Source: Candidatus Poribacteria bacterium
GTDB taxonomy: Bacteria > Poribacteria > WGA-4E > WGA-3G
Length of the DNA: 64,000 nucleotides
Reading direction: 5' to 3'
Assembly: GCA_965232545.1 (NCBI GenBank)
Contig: OZ246979.1
Coordinates: 4,002,481-4,066,480, forward strand
The notes under the pieces were generated by a model that searched no databases, was not told the DNA's origin, and was given only the letters and a program-made list of their open reading frames with translations. Positions 1-9,516 of this stretch are shown here, one piece after another; the stretch's first letter is position 1, and each line of letters starts with the position of its first letter. The translations under genes and the position numbers were made by a program.

Positions 1-394
1 GCACGAAGCTGACCGGTGGGGCATCCATACTTTTAACGTTCACGGACAATTCGGTGCTAACACCTTTGACCGTTACCGTAATTTTTGTTGTGCCTACCGC
101 CGTCGGGAAGATATAACCATCTTCATATACCTTCACCCCCGCAGCGGGAGTCAACGCAGCCCATGGTGTTACATCTACCCATGTGCCATTTTTCGTCTTT
201 CCTGACACCAGCACCCGTCTACCGTCACGTGCGTGCTCCAATGTCAGGGGCTCAGGATGAACCTTCAACGCTTGCACCGTCGGAACTTCTGCACTCACAG
301 GCTGTTCCATCTCGCTCGACGCCGTTAATTGGAATGCGAGAAAAATGGAGAATGCAACAAGGAATGTTGTTACAAAGTTAGACCTGGGTTTCAT
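1..394 (-). CDS. N-terminal part of a secreted Ig-like protein, probably planctomycete DUF1549/DUF1553 type (runs off window edge)
   Basis: Manual translation from ATG 394: MKPRSNFVTTFLVAFSIFLAFQLTASS...GTTKITVTVKGVSTELSVNVKSMDAPPVSFV; signal peptide, Ig-like segment, PVSF motif; open to position 1; absent from the ORF track. Confidence 0.7.
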   Translation of the reverse strand, partial: MKPRSNFVTTFLVAFSIFLAFQLTASSEMEQPVSAEVPTVQALKVHPEPLTLEHARDGRRVLVSGKTKNGTWVDVTPWAALTPAAGVKVYEDGYIFPTAVGTTKITVTVKGVSTELSVNVKSMDAPPVSFV

Positions 395-450
395 CAAAAA
401 ATTCGGCGTAGGACCCCTGACTGTGATCGATAGGGGAGACGCCGTCCTCC

Positions 451-470
451 TTTTTAATTTTACCTTGCGG
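451..470 (-). repeat. Dispersed repeat CCGCAAGGTAAAATTAAAAA
   Basis: Reverse complement of the 20-mer at 14721, 14837 and 14858. Confidence 0.75.
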
Positions 471-592
471 TTCGGTCAAGTGGGTTGGATACATCGCGTT
501 ACTCGACGTATAGCCACCTGCGCCGTTAATGGACACTGAATCGTCGTTAATTCGCCTCAAGTTATTACTTATTTTCGTTCTATATGAATGAT

Positions 593-1534
593 TTAGGTAA
601 GATCCCAGATGAGTACAGTGTGATCGTCGCTTCCGCTGGCGAGGACACTTCCATTCGGAGAATACGCGACATTCCTGACGCTGCCTGTATGTCCTGTGAG
701 CGTTCGTGTAGGAGGGGTTTGTAACCCCGATTTGATCACTTCCTCGATATCCCATAAACGAATTGTGTTGTCATTCCCGCCACTTGCGACGCTTTTGCCA
801 TCAGGTGCGTAAGCGACACCCCAGACATAACCGGCATGTCCTGTCAGTGTCGTTAGCAATTTCCTTGAGTCTGTATTCCACAACCGAACTGTGCCATCAA
901 TACTTCCGCTCACAAGAACTGCTCCATCGGGTGAATAAGCGATCGAATCGACAATATGTGTATGTCCCTTGAGTGTCGCTTTGTGCCTTCCGGTAGTAGC
1001 ATCCCACAATTCCACTGTGTCGTCTCCGGTTCCAGCGGCGAGGGTGCTTCCGTCTGGGGAATATTTAACACATCTGATAGAGTCTGCGCGCCCTGTGAGT
1101 GTATTTTTAGCCTCTCCTGTGCTGGTATCCCATAACCGCACGGTCCCATCAGGGCTTCCACTTGCGACGGTGGCACCGTCCACGGAATATGCAACACTCC
1201 TAACAGCGTCTGTATGTCCGACGAGCGTTGCTGTCGGAGATCCAACGGTCGCGTCCCATAAAACCACCGTATTGTCTGTACTCCCGCTGGCAATTGCACT
1301 CCCATCGGGAGAATACGCGACGCATCTGACGTATTCGTTGTGCTCAACGAGGAGGTTAAGTCCGAGACCGCTGTCCACATCATAGACCCAAACTCCGATG
1401 TCACAGGCGACTGCAAGTTGCGTTCCATCCGGTGAAAATGCTATATCTCCGGTTAAGTTTCCTTGGTCGAGGCGTACTATGACACCTTCGGGTAGATTCG
1501 ATTGTGAGTCTGTCTGAGCGTTTAGAGTATCCAA
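593..1534 (-). CDS. WD40 repeat protein
   Basis: About 7 GH...V..VAYSPDG..LASGS.D.TV.LWD repeats. Confidence 0.95.
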   Translation of the reverse strand: MDTLNAQTDSQSNLPEGVIVRLDQGNLTGDIAFSPDGTQLAVACDIGVWVYDVDSGLGLNLLVEHNEYVRCVAYSPDGSAIASGSTDNTVVLWDATVGSPTATLVGHTDAVRSVAYSVDGATVASGSPDGTVRLWDTSTGEAKNTLTGRADSIRCVKYSPDGSTLAAGTGDDTVELWDATTGRHKATLKGHTHIVDSIAYSPDGAVLVSGSIDGTVRLWNTDSRKLLTTLTGHAGYVWGVAYAPDGKSVASGGNDNTIRLWDIEEVIKSGLQTPPTRTLTGHTGSVRNVAYSPNGSVLASGSDDHTVLIWDLT

Positions 1535-1737
1535 TGCTAAAGTATCCTTTTGAGGTAATCAAACTAAAATTTGTTATTATTGCTGTCTTTGCGATAGATT
1601 TTACAATTACCGATACAAGTATGAATCACAGTCATCCATCAGTTACAAGAGGTGTTAGACATATCAGAAGCCGGGAATTGGGGCTTCATCCTACTGATGA
1701 CTGAAAGGGTTTTTTTCTAAAAAATCCGACCTGACTG

Positions 1738-2592
1738 TTAATGGCTATTCTTTAGTCGTCCCCATACGATTGGCAGCTTACCACCAGCGGAAACCTCTGC
1801 GTATTCCGATTCACTTGCCAACCAATTAATGACGTTTTCTGTAAGTTTCTGTATTTGATCAATATCCTTGTTGTTCTTGTGATAATTCGGGAGTCGCCAG
1901 TTCATGTTGAACACCTTACCGTCTCCAGCTTCCCAATAACCGAACGCTGCAATCCTATCCGTGTAATTGGTGCCCCCCTCCCAAGCATGCGCAAGCGTCG
2001 TAAAATTCTTCCAAATCGTGTCGAAATAGTCACCACTTACTGGATACCCAGTTGAATTGACCTGAATCCAATCCTCGACCTGGGGTGTTTTTCCATCGAC
2101 ATTCTTAAGTCCGTCTACCAACCCGAGTGCCAGTGTCTCTTTCAAGACGATAATACCGACATTACTTCCATCGTTTTCAACGGGTCCAAATGCGCGGGGT
2201 TGCGCGTTTTCTAATCCCAACGGCGTAGCATACCGGATAGCTGCACCTGTCAAGAGCACCGCGCCGCCGCTTTCAGCGTAGTCTAAGAACGCATCAAGTT
2301 CTGCGCCAGATAATCCCCCCGGATCGGCATCGCCATCATGCCACCAGATAACCCCAAACTGCTTGAATGTCTCACTTTTCAAATCAGCCTTCGCGAGTTG
2401 CTCTGTTTTAAAGGTCTTTTCAGCAAACTCCAATGCAGGTGAAGTAAAGTTACCCTTGTCGCCGAGGTAGATGAACCCGACTTCCACCGCCGCGCCACTA
2501 ACACTTATACCACAAACGAGAAGAAATGCCAAACAAAATACGATGTGGCTTACAAGTTTCGCCAAATCTTGCCATTTAAAAGTCCGTTCCAT
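1738..2592 (-). CDS. Secreted protein with GKLPIVWGRLK C-terminal tail (possibly glutamine amidotransferase-like fold)
   Basis: RBS AAGGAG before ATG 2592, signal peptide, tail motif shared with 58095..58880. Confidence 0.8.
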   Translation of the reverse strand: MERTFKWQDLAKLVSHIVFCLAFLLVCGISVSGAAVEVGFIYLGDKGNFTSPALEFAEKTFKTEQLAKADLKSETFKQFGVIWWHDGDADPGGLSGAELDAFLDYAESGGAVLLTGAAIRYATPLGLENAQPRAFGPVENDGSNVGIIVLKETLALGLVDGLKNVDGKTPQVEDWIQVNSTGYPVSGDYFDTIWKNFTTLAHAWEGGTNYTDRIAAFGYWEAGDGKVFNMNWRLPNYHKNNKDIDQIQKLTENVINWLASESEYAEVSAGGKLPIVWGRLKNSH

Positions 2593-2658
2593 GATGCTCC
2601 TTATATGTTTACACGAAGTGGCGCGCGGATGATTATCCCTACTGATAACATTCTTCAA

Positions 2659-3105
2659 GGGAATTGTCGGTTTTGGAATCCCAATCCTTTAGGTTTGGGA
2701 GGAAAAACCGCCCTCTTGGAAAGGACCAAAGCGTTCATTTTTCCCTTGACACAAAGTCTTTGTTATGCTACAATGTTCCTTGTAGTGTAAGGTTGCAAGT
2801 TATGCTGCTGTTCGCTATCCCCGTGTGCGACTTGTGTAAAGCTACAGCACTATACGGAAAAGAAACAGACAACGCTGCTGGAGGACAACTTGAGTGTATC
2901 GGGAACAGAAATTGCGTAACTGCACGTTCCCAAAATAGCACTCGTATCTTTTTAGGGTGGCTTGCACCCTTCGTGGAGAGCGTCGGGTTACTGACCTCTA
3001 TGAAACGAGAAACAAGAACGAAGCACGAGACACGGGACCTACAAAACGCAAAACAGTTATTGCTTTTTGCTACAAGGACAAGTCTTTAGGCTTGGGTACA
3101 TTGAC
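2659..3105 (+). mobile_element. Non-autonomous IS200/IS605 mini-element (left end + promoter + omega-RNA right end, no tnpB)
   Basis: First ~90 nt nearly identical to the left end at 56555; last ~150 nt similar to 57921-58076; preceded by TCAA, ends TGAC. Confidence 0.9.
2746..2774 (+). promoter_or_regulatory. Sigma70-type promoter inside the mini-element
   Basis: TTGACA-17-TACAAT with extended -10 TG. Confidence 0.7.
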
Positions 3106-3125
3106 AAATAGCGTTGATGCTCGTA
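2955..3125 (+). ncRNA. Putative orphan TnpB omega-RNA scaffold plus ~20-nt guide (AAATAGCGTTGATGCTCGTA)
   Basis: Homologous to the tnpB 3'/right-end region 57921-58076; boundaries approximate. Confidence 0.6.
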
Positions 3126-3155
3126 TCAGGTTCTCTTTCCTCTGGTCCTCCACAA

Positions 3156-3184
3156 ATAGTAACATAAAATAACGTTTTTGTCAA
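3156..3184 (-). promoter_or_regulatory. Sigma70 promoter for gene 1738..2592, separated from it by the mini-element
   Basis: TTGACA-17-TACTAT on the minus strand. Confidence 0.55.
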
Positions 3185-3215
3185 GTCTTTGGCGTGGAAT
3201 TCACAAATATTGCCT

Positions 3216-4007
3216 CTATAAAGACAAGTCTGAGTCCTTATAGCACTCACGAAGCCGTTTATTGCCCGCTTGCACAAAACTCGGTTCAATCTCAAATCCG
3301 ATGAAATCTCGCTGATGCCGCTTACACACCACAGGACAGGTGCCAACTCCCACAAATGGATCCAGAACCAAATCCCCCGGTAATGAACTCGCTAATACGA
3401 TCCGCTCAATGAGTTTCTCCGGTTTCTGGATCGTGTTAAGGGTTTTTCTACTCACTAACTCTTTAGATTTGTAGGTTAATTGCTTTATATCGCCCCAGAC
3501 ATCGCCAGGATTCTTTCCTTTCGGATTGTATTTCGTCTTGCCAAATTTACCGTTCGTTACGGATGGTACATTTTCGCACCGACTCCGATGCTCTAATTCA
3601 ACAAGTTGCGCGACTCTGATAGCATCTAAGTTGTAGCACCGCGGCTTTTTGCCCTTGATGAAGTAACAGATAATATCGTGGTTATTAGTGTAACTAATTC
3701 GTCCCTGGGCAAGTCGACTCGGTTGATACCATACGATCTTTGAACGAAGATTTAAGTATTCTCGATAGTCTATGAAGTCGATGCAGTCCGGTTTTCCAAA
3801 CAGATAGAGCGCGCCTCCATCCTTCAGTTTCGGTGCGAAATCTTTGATAAGCGTGAAGTTGTATTCCTGAATTGAGGAAATCTCGTCCCACGAGTTCTCC
3901 GTTACACCATACGGTCCATCACACACAATCAGGTCCACTGAAGCGTCTTTTACCGCTTTCAGCAGCGTAAACGTATCGCCGCAATGGATGGTGTTCCGCT
4001 CAAGCAT
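3216..4007 (-). CDS. Orphan site-specific DNA methyltransferase (N4-C/N6-A, beta class)
   Basis: DGPY catalytic motif first, QKPEKL, then VLDPFVGVGT SAM motif; start placed at ATG 4007 (MLERNTIH); no adjacent endonuclease. Confidence 0.9.
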   Translation of the reverse strand: MLERNTIHCGDTFTLLKAVKDASVDLIVCDGPYGVTENSWDEISSIQEYNFTLIKDFAPKLKDGGALYLFGKPDCIDFIDYREYLNLRSKIVWYQPSRLAQGRISYTNNHDIICYFIKGKKPRCYNLDAIRVAQLVELEHRSRCENVPSVTNGKFGKTKYNPKGKNPGDVWGDIKQLTYKSKELVSRKTLNTIQKPEKLIERIVLASSLPGDLVLDPFVGVGTCPVVCKRHQRDFIGFEIEPSFVQAGNKRLRECYKDSDLSL

Positions 4008-4021
4008 AATTCCGTTTTGTC

Positions 4022-4114
4022 TCAATCTTTGTAGGCGTGGTGTATTGCCTTTCCGGCGACTATTCCAAGTCCTGTGATAAACACTACGAGTGTCAAAATT
4101 GCGACCCATTCCAT
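4022..4114 (-). CDS. 30-aa single-TM small protein MEWVAILTLVVFITGLGIVAGKAIHHAYKD
   Basis: AAGGA RBS, fills the sulfatase-MTase gap, one hydrophobic helix; below the ORF-track cutoff. Confidence 0.55.
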   Translation of the reverse strand: MEWVAILTLVVFITGLGIVAGKAIHHAYKD

Positions 4115-4133
4115 TATAATTCCTTAAAGAGTG

Positions 4134-5582
4134 TTACATCGGTCCCACGCGTCGCGATCCTCTGTCCATGGCAAGCATGGATGCATCAAAACTCTGTTTT
4201 AGAAGTTCAAATTTGACCCCTTGTTTCGCATCGACATGCCAGAGATTTTCAAACTCGTCTGGGTCATTAATGAGGTCGTAGAGTTCACCCGCTTCGTGTC
4301 CGTGATAAACTACTAATTTGTAACGTTCATTTCGGTACATTGTTGCGAAAGTGTGATCCGGCAGGTCCACAGCGTCGTAATACTCGCATCGGACGAAATC
4401 GCGGTGATGGTTCGGATCCGCTTCACCGCGGAGAAGAGGCAGGAGGGATTTGCCGTGCATCTCGTCGGGGACTGTTAAGCCTGCCAATTCCAAGAGCGTT
4501 GGTGCTTTGTCAACGAGTTCGACAAGCGCGTCACTCTTAAGTCCGTTCGCAAACTGCGTCTGCCATGAGAAAATCAGCGGTACCCTGACCAAGCCTTCGT
4601 AAAACCTACAACCCTTTTGGATGAGTCCATGGTCGCCGAGTGTCTCTCCATGGTCACTCGTAAAAATGATGACGGTGTTTTCCCGTTGTCCTGTTTCGTC
4701 AAGCGTTTCAAGGATCCTGCCCAATTGCTCGTCAATCAGTTGAATCATCGCGTAATAGGCGGCTATAAGTGTTTTGGCATCTCTTGCCCCGACTGCCTCT
4801 GCTTCTTGACGCGGGGTCTGCGGTAAGATTGGACTCCGAATGTCCAGTTCATCGGGGGTACGTACTTTGGATTGAAAATCGACCGTTTGTAGTCGGGTCT
4901 GCTGTTCGAGATCGCTGCTTCGGAAAAGTGGCTCTGGCATTTCTGCCGGATTATATTGGTCTCGGTGTGTTTGTGGTGGATTGAAAGGCGGATGCGGGTC
5001 GTAGATATTGACACTCGCGAGCCACGGGCAATCTCGGTCTTCGCGAATGAACTCAATCGTCTTTTCCGCGCACCATGTCGTCTGATGCAACTCCGCTGGA
5101 ACGCCTTCTCGATTCTGGTTCAACTCACCTAAAATATACCCCTGCGTACGGACCCAATCAGCGTAGTCATGTCCGTGTTCCCAGTCATCGCGTGGCGCAT
5201 GACTGTATTGCCAGTAACGGTAACCGTCGTTTACGCGTGGTTCCACCCGACGGTAAGCACTCGCAAGATGGAGTTTGCCAATCAGTCCGCAATCATAACC
5301 GATGTCTGCGAGGGTACGCGTTACAAGCGGATATGCCTCTGGAAAAAAGTCGTTCCCGTTGCGAATCGCGTGTGTTGCGTTTGGGTACATGCCTGTGAGA
5401 AAACTCGCTCGACTCGGCGTACAGATGGGACTTTGACAATAGGCATGTGTAAATGCAACACCTTCCGTCACTAAATTGTCGATGTTCGGTGTTGACACAT
5501 ACGGGTTACCTAATGCGCCAATTGTGTCGTAACGCTGCTGATCTGTGCAAACCCAGAGTATATTGGGTGCCTTAACAGCCAT
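4134..5582 (-). CDS. Sulfatase (formylglycine type)
   Basis: PNILWVCTDQQR, CTPSRASFLTG, GKLHL, SDHG motifs. Confidence 0.95.
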   Translation of the reverse strand: MAVKAPNILWVCTDQQRYDTIGALGNPYVSTPNIDNLVTEGVAFTHAYCQSPICTPSRASFLTGMYPNATHAIRNGNDFFPEAYPLVTRTLADIGYDCGLIGKLHLASAYRRVEPRVNDGYRYWQYSHAPRDDWEHGHDYADWVRTQGYILGELNQNREGVPAELHQTTWCAEKTIEFIREDRDCPWLASVNIYDPHPPFNPPQTHRDQYNPAEMPEPLFRSSDLEQQTRLQTVDFQSKVRTPDELDIRSPILPQTPRQEAEAVGARDAKTLIAAYYAMIQLIDEQLGRILETLDETGQRENTVIIFTSDHGETLGDHGLIQKGCRFYEGLVRVPLIFSWQTQFANGLKSDALVELVDKAPTLLELAGLTVPDEMHGKSLLPLLRGEADPNHHRDFVRCEYYDAVDLPDHTFATMYRNERYKLVVYHGHEAGELYDLINDPDEFENLWHVDAKQGVKFELLKQSFDASMLAMDRGSRRVGPM

Positions 5583-5603
5583 ACATTAGCCTCTTCACGC
5601 GTA

Positions 5604-7202
5604 CTATTTAGGTTTCGCGCTAAATCCGGTCTCTTTAACGAGGGTCGCGAGGGCATCTGCAGTAACAGTGTTCTTCCGAACTTTAATGATGGCTTGATCG
5701 GGGAGAGAAACCTCGACACTGATAACGCTCTGGTGTTGTGTAAGTGCATCCTGCACTTTAGCGACGCAAGCCCCTCACGTCATGCCTGTCACTACGAGAG
5801 CGACCTCCTCGCTTCCCGCCGGTTCAATCGGTACAGACATAAATGCATTCAGGAGTTTACCGGTGGCGGTATCAAATATCCGAATCTTTCCGTCAAAACC
5901 GCCTGTGGCGAGTTGTGTGCCATTTGGATGGAACGACACTGAGAAAACACCAACCGCATCGCCTTGCATACTTGCTAAACGCGTTCCATCTTCCGTGTTG
6001 TAGATACGTGCTTCACCGCCTGTGCTACCAGTCGCGAACCGACTACCATCTGCTGAAAACGCGACACCTTCAATGGTACCCGACTGTGCTTCGTATGCTT
6101 GGATGAGATTAAAGTCCGTATTACCTACATCTCTCCGTATTTCACGAAAGATTTTGTAGAGACGTGGAATACGGTCTTCACCGCCATTGAGAACCCAGTC
6201 TTCAGTCGGGTGCCGTGCGATGGTGTTGATTTCTCCATAACCCTTGTTGCTGGAGTTGATGTCGTCAACGAAAGAGCCTGTGTCTACTTCAACCAATTTG
6301 AGGGCAGTATCCCGTCCAGCACTCACGAAATGAGAGCCCTCCGTAGAAAACACCGTTCCGAACACCCAATCGCTGTGGTTATCAAATTTAATCAGCTCTT
6401 TCTCGCCTTCAACGGACAGCACGCGTACAGTTTGGTCTGAACATCCGAAAGCGACACGACTCGCGTCTGGTGAGAAAGAGAGCCCATATACAGTGTCATA
6501 ACTGGAACGTATCGCTTTGATGAGCGAATTTGTTGCTGTATCCCATAACTGCACTTCGCCGAATTGCGCTGGCGACCCACCTGCCATGCCTAAAATTTTT
6601 CCATCTGCCGTATACGTCAGCGATTCTATGCGATGTGCTTTGCCTACCAGTCTTGCTTTGAGTTGAAAGCTCGTTGTATCGTACAACAAAATTTCACGGA
6701 ATCCTGACACCGCGAGTGTGCTACCATCAGGCGAATATGCCAGGGCGGTAACCACCGGAGGCACTGTGTAAATCGGGTAGTTTCCTTCATCCATATCGTC
6801 GACTTCATCCGGCGTGTCGTCGTGCGCGCCTTCGAGAATCCAACGTCGAAATAATTCGACCTCTTCGGTTGAAAGCGGTTCTTGGTTCTGTGGCATTGCC
6901 GGTTCATCGCCGGAGATAAGTTCAATCAGGAGGCTTTCATCCGGTTCCTCAGGGACAATCGCATCACCCGCCATTCCACCTCGCTTGAGATCTGCGTAGG
7001 TTGTTACAATCAGGTCACCATTCGGATCACCGGGGTGATGGCATCCTTGACAACTCCGTTTGAGGAGTGGGACGATCTCGGAATGGTAACTAACGGCTGA
7101 ATCTGTAGCGTGCTGGTCTGCTATTCCGTACGGACTCAATGCTACAAAACAGAGCAGATACACCCCTAAATAAATTGCAAACCTTGGTCGTGATACTTTC
7201 AT
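5604..7202 (-). CDS. Secreted planctomycete-type cytochrome c + WD40 + HMA protein with probable selenocysteine (UGA 5775-5777), 532 aa
   Basis: CQGCH heme motif, WD40 repeats, VTGMT-TGA-GAC then 56 more codons of HMA-like sequence to TAG at 5604. Confidence 0.85.
5742..5758 (-). promoter_or_regulatory. Putative bacterial SECIS hairpin
   Basis: AAGUGCA-GGA-UGCACUU, beginning 17 nt 3' of the UGA, G-led apical loop. Confidence 0.65.
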
Positions 7203-7341
7203 GTTTGTTGAAAAACCCCCCTCTCGTTACACCACTTTGGTGAGTTGTCTCAAAAAGGACGCAGCTAATATAACTTTATTTAATAATTATATCACAATTT
7301 TGTAATGAAATTCAAGAAAATTTTGTGCCGAACATTTTACA

Positions 7342-7370
7342 TTGACATCTGTCAAAAAATACAGTATACT
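7342..7370 (+). promoter_or_regulatory. Sigma70 promoter with palindromic operator over -35
   Basis: TTGACA-17-TATACT; inverted repeat TTGACA-tc-TGTCAA. Confidence 0.6.
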
Positions 7371-7442
7371 TCTTTTGCCGAATACAAGACAATATACGCT
7401 TATAGAACTTAACTATCAACTGAATTAAGGAGATCTTTTTCA

Positions 7443-8057
7443 ATGAAAATAGGCTTAGGACACAACATACGAATCCGCTATACTGCTGCTCTTGTTTTTG
7501 CCTTACTCATCAGCGGCTTCACTGGAAACATACAACGTGCGGATGCAGCAGATACGTATGAAATTGACACAGCACATTCAATGATCATTTTTCGAGCAAA
7601 GCATAATGGGGTTAGTTACAATTACGGCAGATTTAATGAGTTCACCGGCCAGATCATGATGGACCCAATGGGTATTGACAGCATGGTGGAATTTGAGGTC
7701 AAGGCAGCGAGTGTTGATACTGGCAACGAAAAGCGAGATCAGCATCTCAGAAGTTCCGACTTCTTTAGTGCGAAGCAGTTTCCCGTCATCACCTTCAAGA
7801 GCACAAAAGTTAGTGCGAAAGAAGGGGAAGAGGATGTGTTAGAGGTCACGGGCGACCTCGAACTGCACGGTGTTAAAAAATCGATCACGGTGGACGTTGA
7901 AATTACGGGGCAAGCTAAAGGAAGAGAGGGTGAATCCCTCATCGGGTTTGAGAGCACCTTTACGATTGATCGAAGCGAGTTTGGTATGACTTACGGGATG
8001 GGTCCCGTCAGCGACGACATCCGAATCACCGTCAGTATTGAAGCGGCGCAAAAATAG
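7443..8057 (+). CDS. yceI: YceI family lipid/polyisoprenoid-binding protein
   Basis: YEIDTAHS, GRFNEF, SVDTGNEKRDQHLRSSDFF, GDLELHGV, IDRSEFGM. Confidence 0.93.
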   Translation: MKIGLGHNIRIRYTAALVFALLISGFTGNIQRADAADTYEIDTAHSMIIFRAKHNGVSYNYGRFNEFTGQIMMDPMGIDSMVEFEVKAASVDTGNEKRDQHLRSSDFFSAKQFPVITFKSTKVSAKEGEEDVLEVTGDLELHGVKKSITVDVEITGQAKGREGESLIGFESTFTIDRSEFGMTYGMGPVSDDIRITVSIEAAQK

Positions 8058-8069
8058 GCTTTTTCAGCA

Positions 8070-8981
8070 GTGTTAATATTCAAACAACTGATACTTGGTT
8101 TACTCCTACCGGCTATTGTTACCGGCGGAATCCTTGTGTTTGCCAAAGCTTTGGCTTCTAAAGGAGAGGGAGAGAGCACTGGAAGGGAAACCGGTATATC
8201 ATCGGAATGGCTCATCGCTGTCGCATTGGGTGCTGGATACATCGTTGGATATATCGGTTTAGAGGGTTTGCCTCCTTTCCCACCCCGTGAGGGTGTCCAT
8301 TGGCTCTGCTATCTCGCTATTCTTGGGGTAATTCTTGGGTGTTTTTGGAATTTTTCACTTTGGGGACGCTTGTTGGCTCAAGTGGTGCTCTCGATTGTTA
8401 TACCACGGCTCCTTCTGAATTCGGTATTTAAGTATACATGGGGACAACTTGAAGGCGTTATCTGGTGGGTATGTCTCGCCGTTGTGATTTTTATCTTTTG
8501 GAATCTCGTCCAGCAGAGTTTCACTCTCTGGTTTCCGTCTGGTGCTTCGAGTCCATTTGTATATTTTGGACTTTCTGGCGGTACTGCCTTAGTCCTTGCT
8601 GTCTCCGGTACGCTGCGGTTAGCGCAACACGGTGGTATTCTGGTAGCGATTTTTGTGGCGAGTTGGATTGTTACGCTCGTTCTACAGCGGCATTCCAGTA
8701 GTTGGCGCGTCTTTCCACTCAGCGCATCGCCGGTTGTGACACTCCTACTTGCGGGGATCTGGATGAACGGCTATTTTTTTGAAGAGGTTCCGGCGGCAAG
8801 TGCTATTTTGTTAGCGATCTCACTCTTTTTAGCACCAATCGGGCGGATAGGGGCGATTCAGAGACTTGGTGCGCGGCGTTCTGTGCTTGTCCAGATAGCA
8901 GTCATCGCGCTGCCCGTCGTTATTGCAATCGGTGTGGCTATCGCACGTTCCGGTCTTTTTGGTGACAACAGCGGTTATTAA
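8070..8981 (+). CDS. Multi-pass membrane protein
   Basis: About 9-10 hydrophobic helices; operonic with yceI. Confidence 0.85.
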   Translation: MLIFKQLILGLLLPAIVTGGILVFAKALASKGEGESTGRETGISSEWLIAVALGAGYIVGYIGLEGLPPFPPREGVHWLCYLAILGVILGCFWNFSLWGRLLAQVVLSIVIPRLLLNSVFKYTWGQLEGVIWWVCLAVVIFIFWNLVQQSFTLWFPSGASSPFVYFGLSGGTALVLAVSGTLRLAQHGGILVAIFVASWIVTLVLQRHSSSWRVFPLSASPVVTLLLAGIWMNGYFFEEVPAASAILLAISLFLAPIGRIGAIQRLGARRSVLVQIAVIALPVVIAIGVAIARSGLFGDNSGY

Positions 8982-9007
8982 TTATTTAACAACATGAGTT
9001 TGGTAAT

Positions 9008-9146
9008 AAAATGTGAGTTCGCTTTAATCACTTTTCATCTAAAAGAAGGTGGATTATTGTAGCATAAACTGTTAGTTTGGGTTTCCGTTTTTTGCCAAAA
9101 CTGACAGAGGACGTTACGGGTGAAAACTTTTTTCAAACTCACATTT
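9008..9146. mobile_element. MITE-like element with AAATGTGAGTT terminal inverted repeats
   Basis: AAATGTGAGTTCG ... CAAACTCACATTT; internal GTAGCATAAACTGTTAGTTTG REP-like hairpin. Confidence 0.55.
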
Positions 9147-9264
9147 ATAGTAAAACCGGAAAATAAAAGGGCACTTTGGAAAACCCAAAACACCTCGCCT
9201 TCGCTGGCGAGGATTGTATCCTCGCCTTTACGTTGGTGTATCGGTAATTATGGGTTTTACTATA
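9146..9264. mobile_element. MITE family A (TATAGTAAAA...TTTTACTATA)
   Basis: Terminal inverted repeats; related copies at 56324 and 59987, half copy ending 26984. Confidence 0.8.
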
Positions 9265-9457
9265 AGATGAACAAAAGGTGAGAGAAGTCTGTCTAAGTAC
9301 CTTAATGTAAATTCGACTTAATAGATTTTCTGCAGCATCCCAAACGATTGGTCAAATCTGCACTGTTTTGGATAGTTGCATGTAGACGCTGCCCCATTTT
9401 GTGCAAGGCTTTCTAACATTTCGCTGAGGGATCCCGTTAGTGCAGTATTGTTCGGAT

Positions 9458-9473
9458 TGGCACGGAATTTGCT
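9458..9473 (+). promoter_or_regulatory. Sigma54 -24/-12 promoter
   Basis: TGGCAC-GGAAT-TTGCT, 43 nt upstream of ATG 9517. Confidence 0.75.
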
Positions 9474-9516
9474 ACGATTGGTGTAAGTTTAATCTAAGGA
9501 TGTATCGGAGGAAAAA

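Noticed and set aside
2664-3089. 141-aa ORF as a protein
   Set aside because: Spans IS ends, promoter and RNA scaffold; similarity to the TnpB tail switches frames
4008-4109. Longer MTase start, or a restriction endonuclease partner
   Set aside because: Region is better explained by the 30-aa ORF; no nuclease gene adjacent
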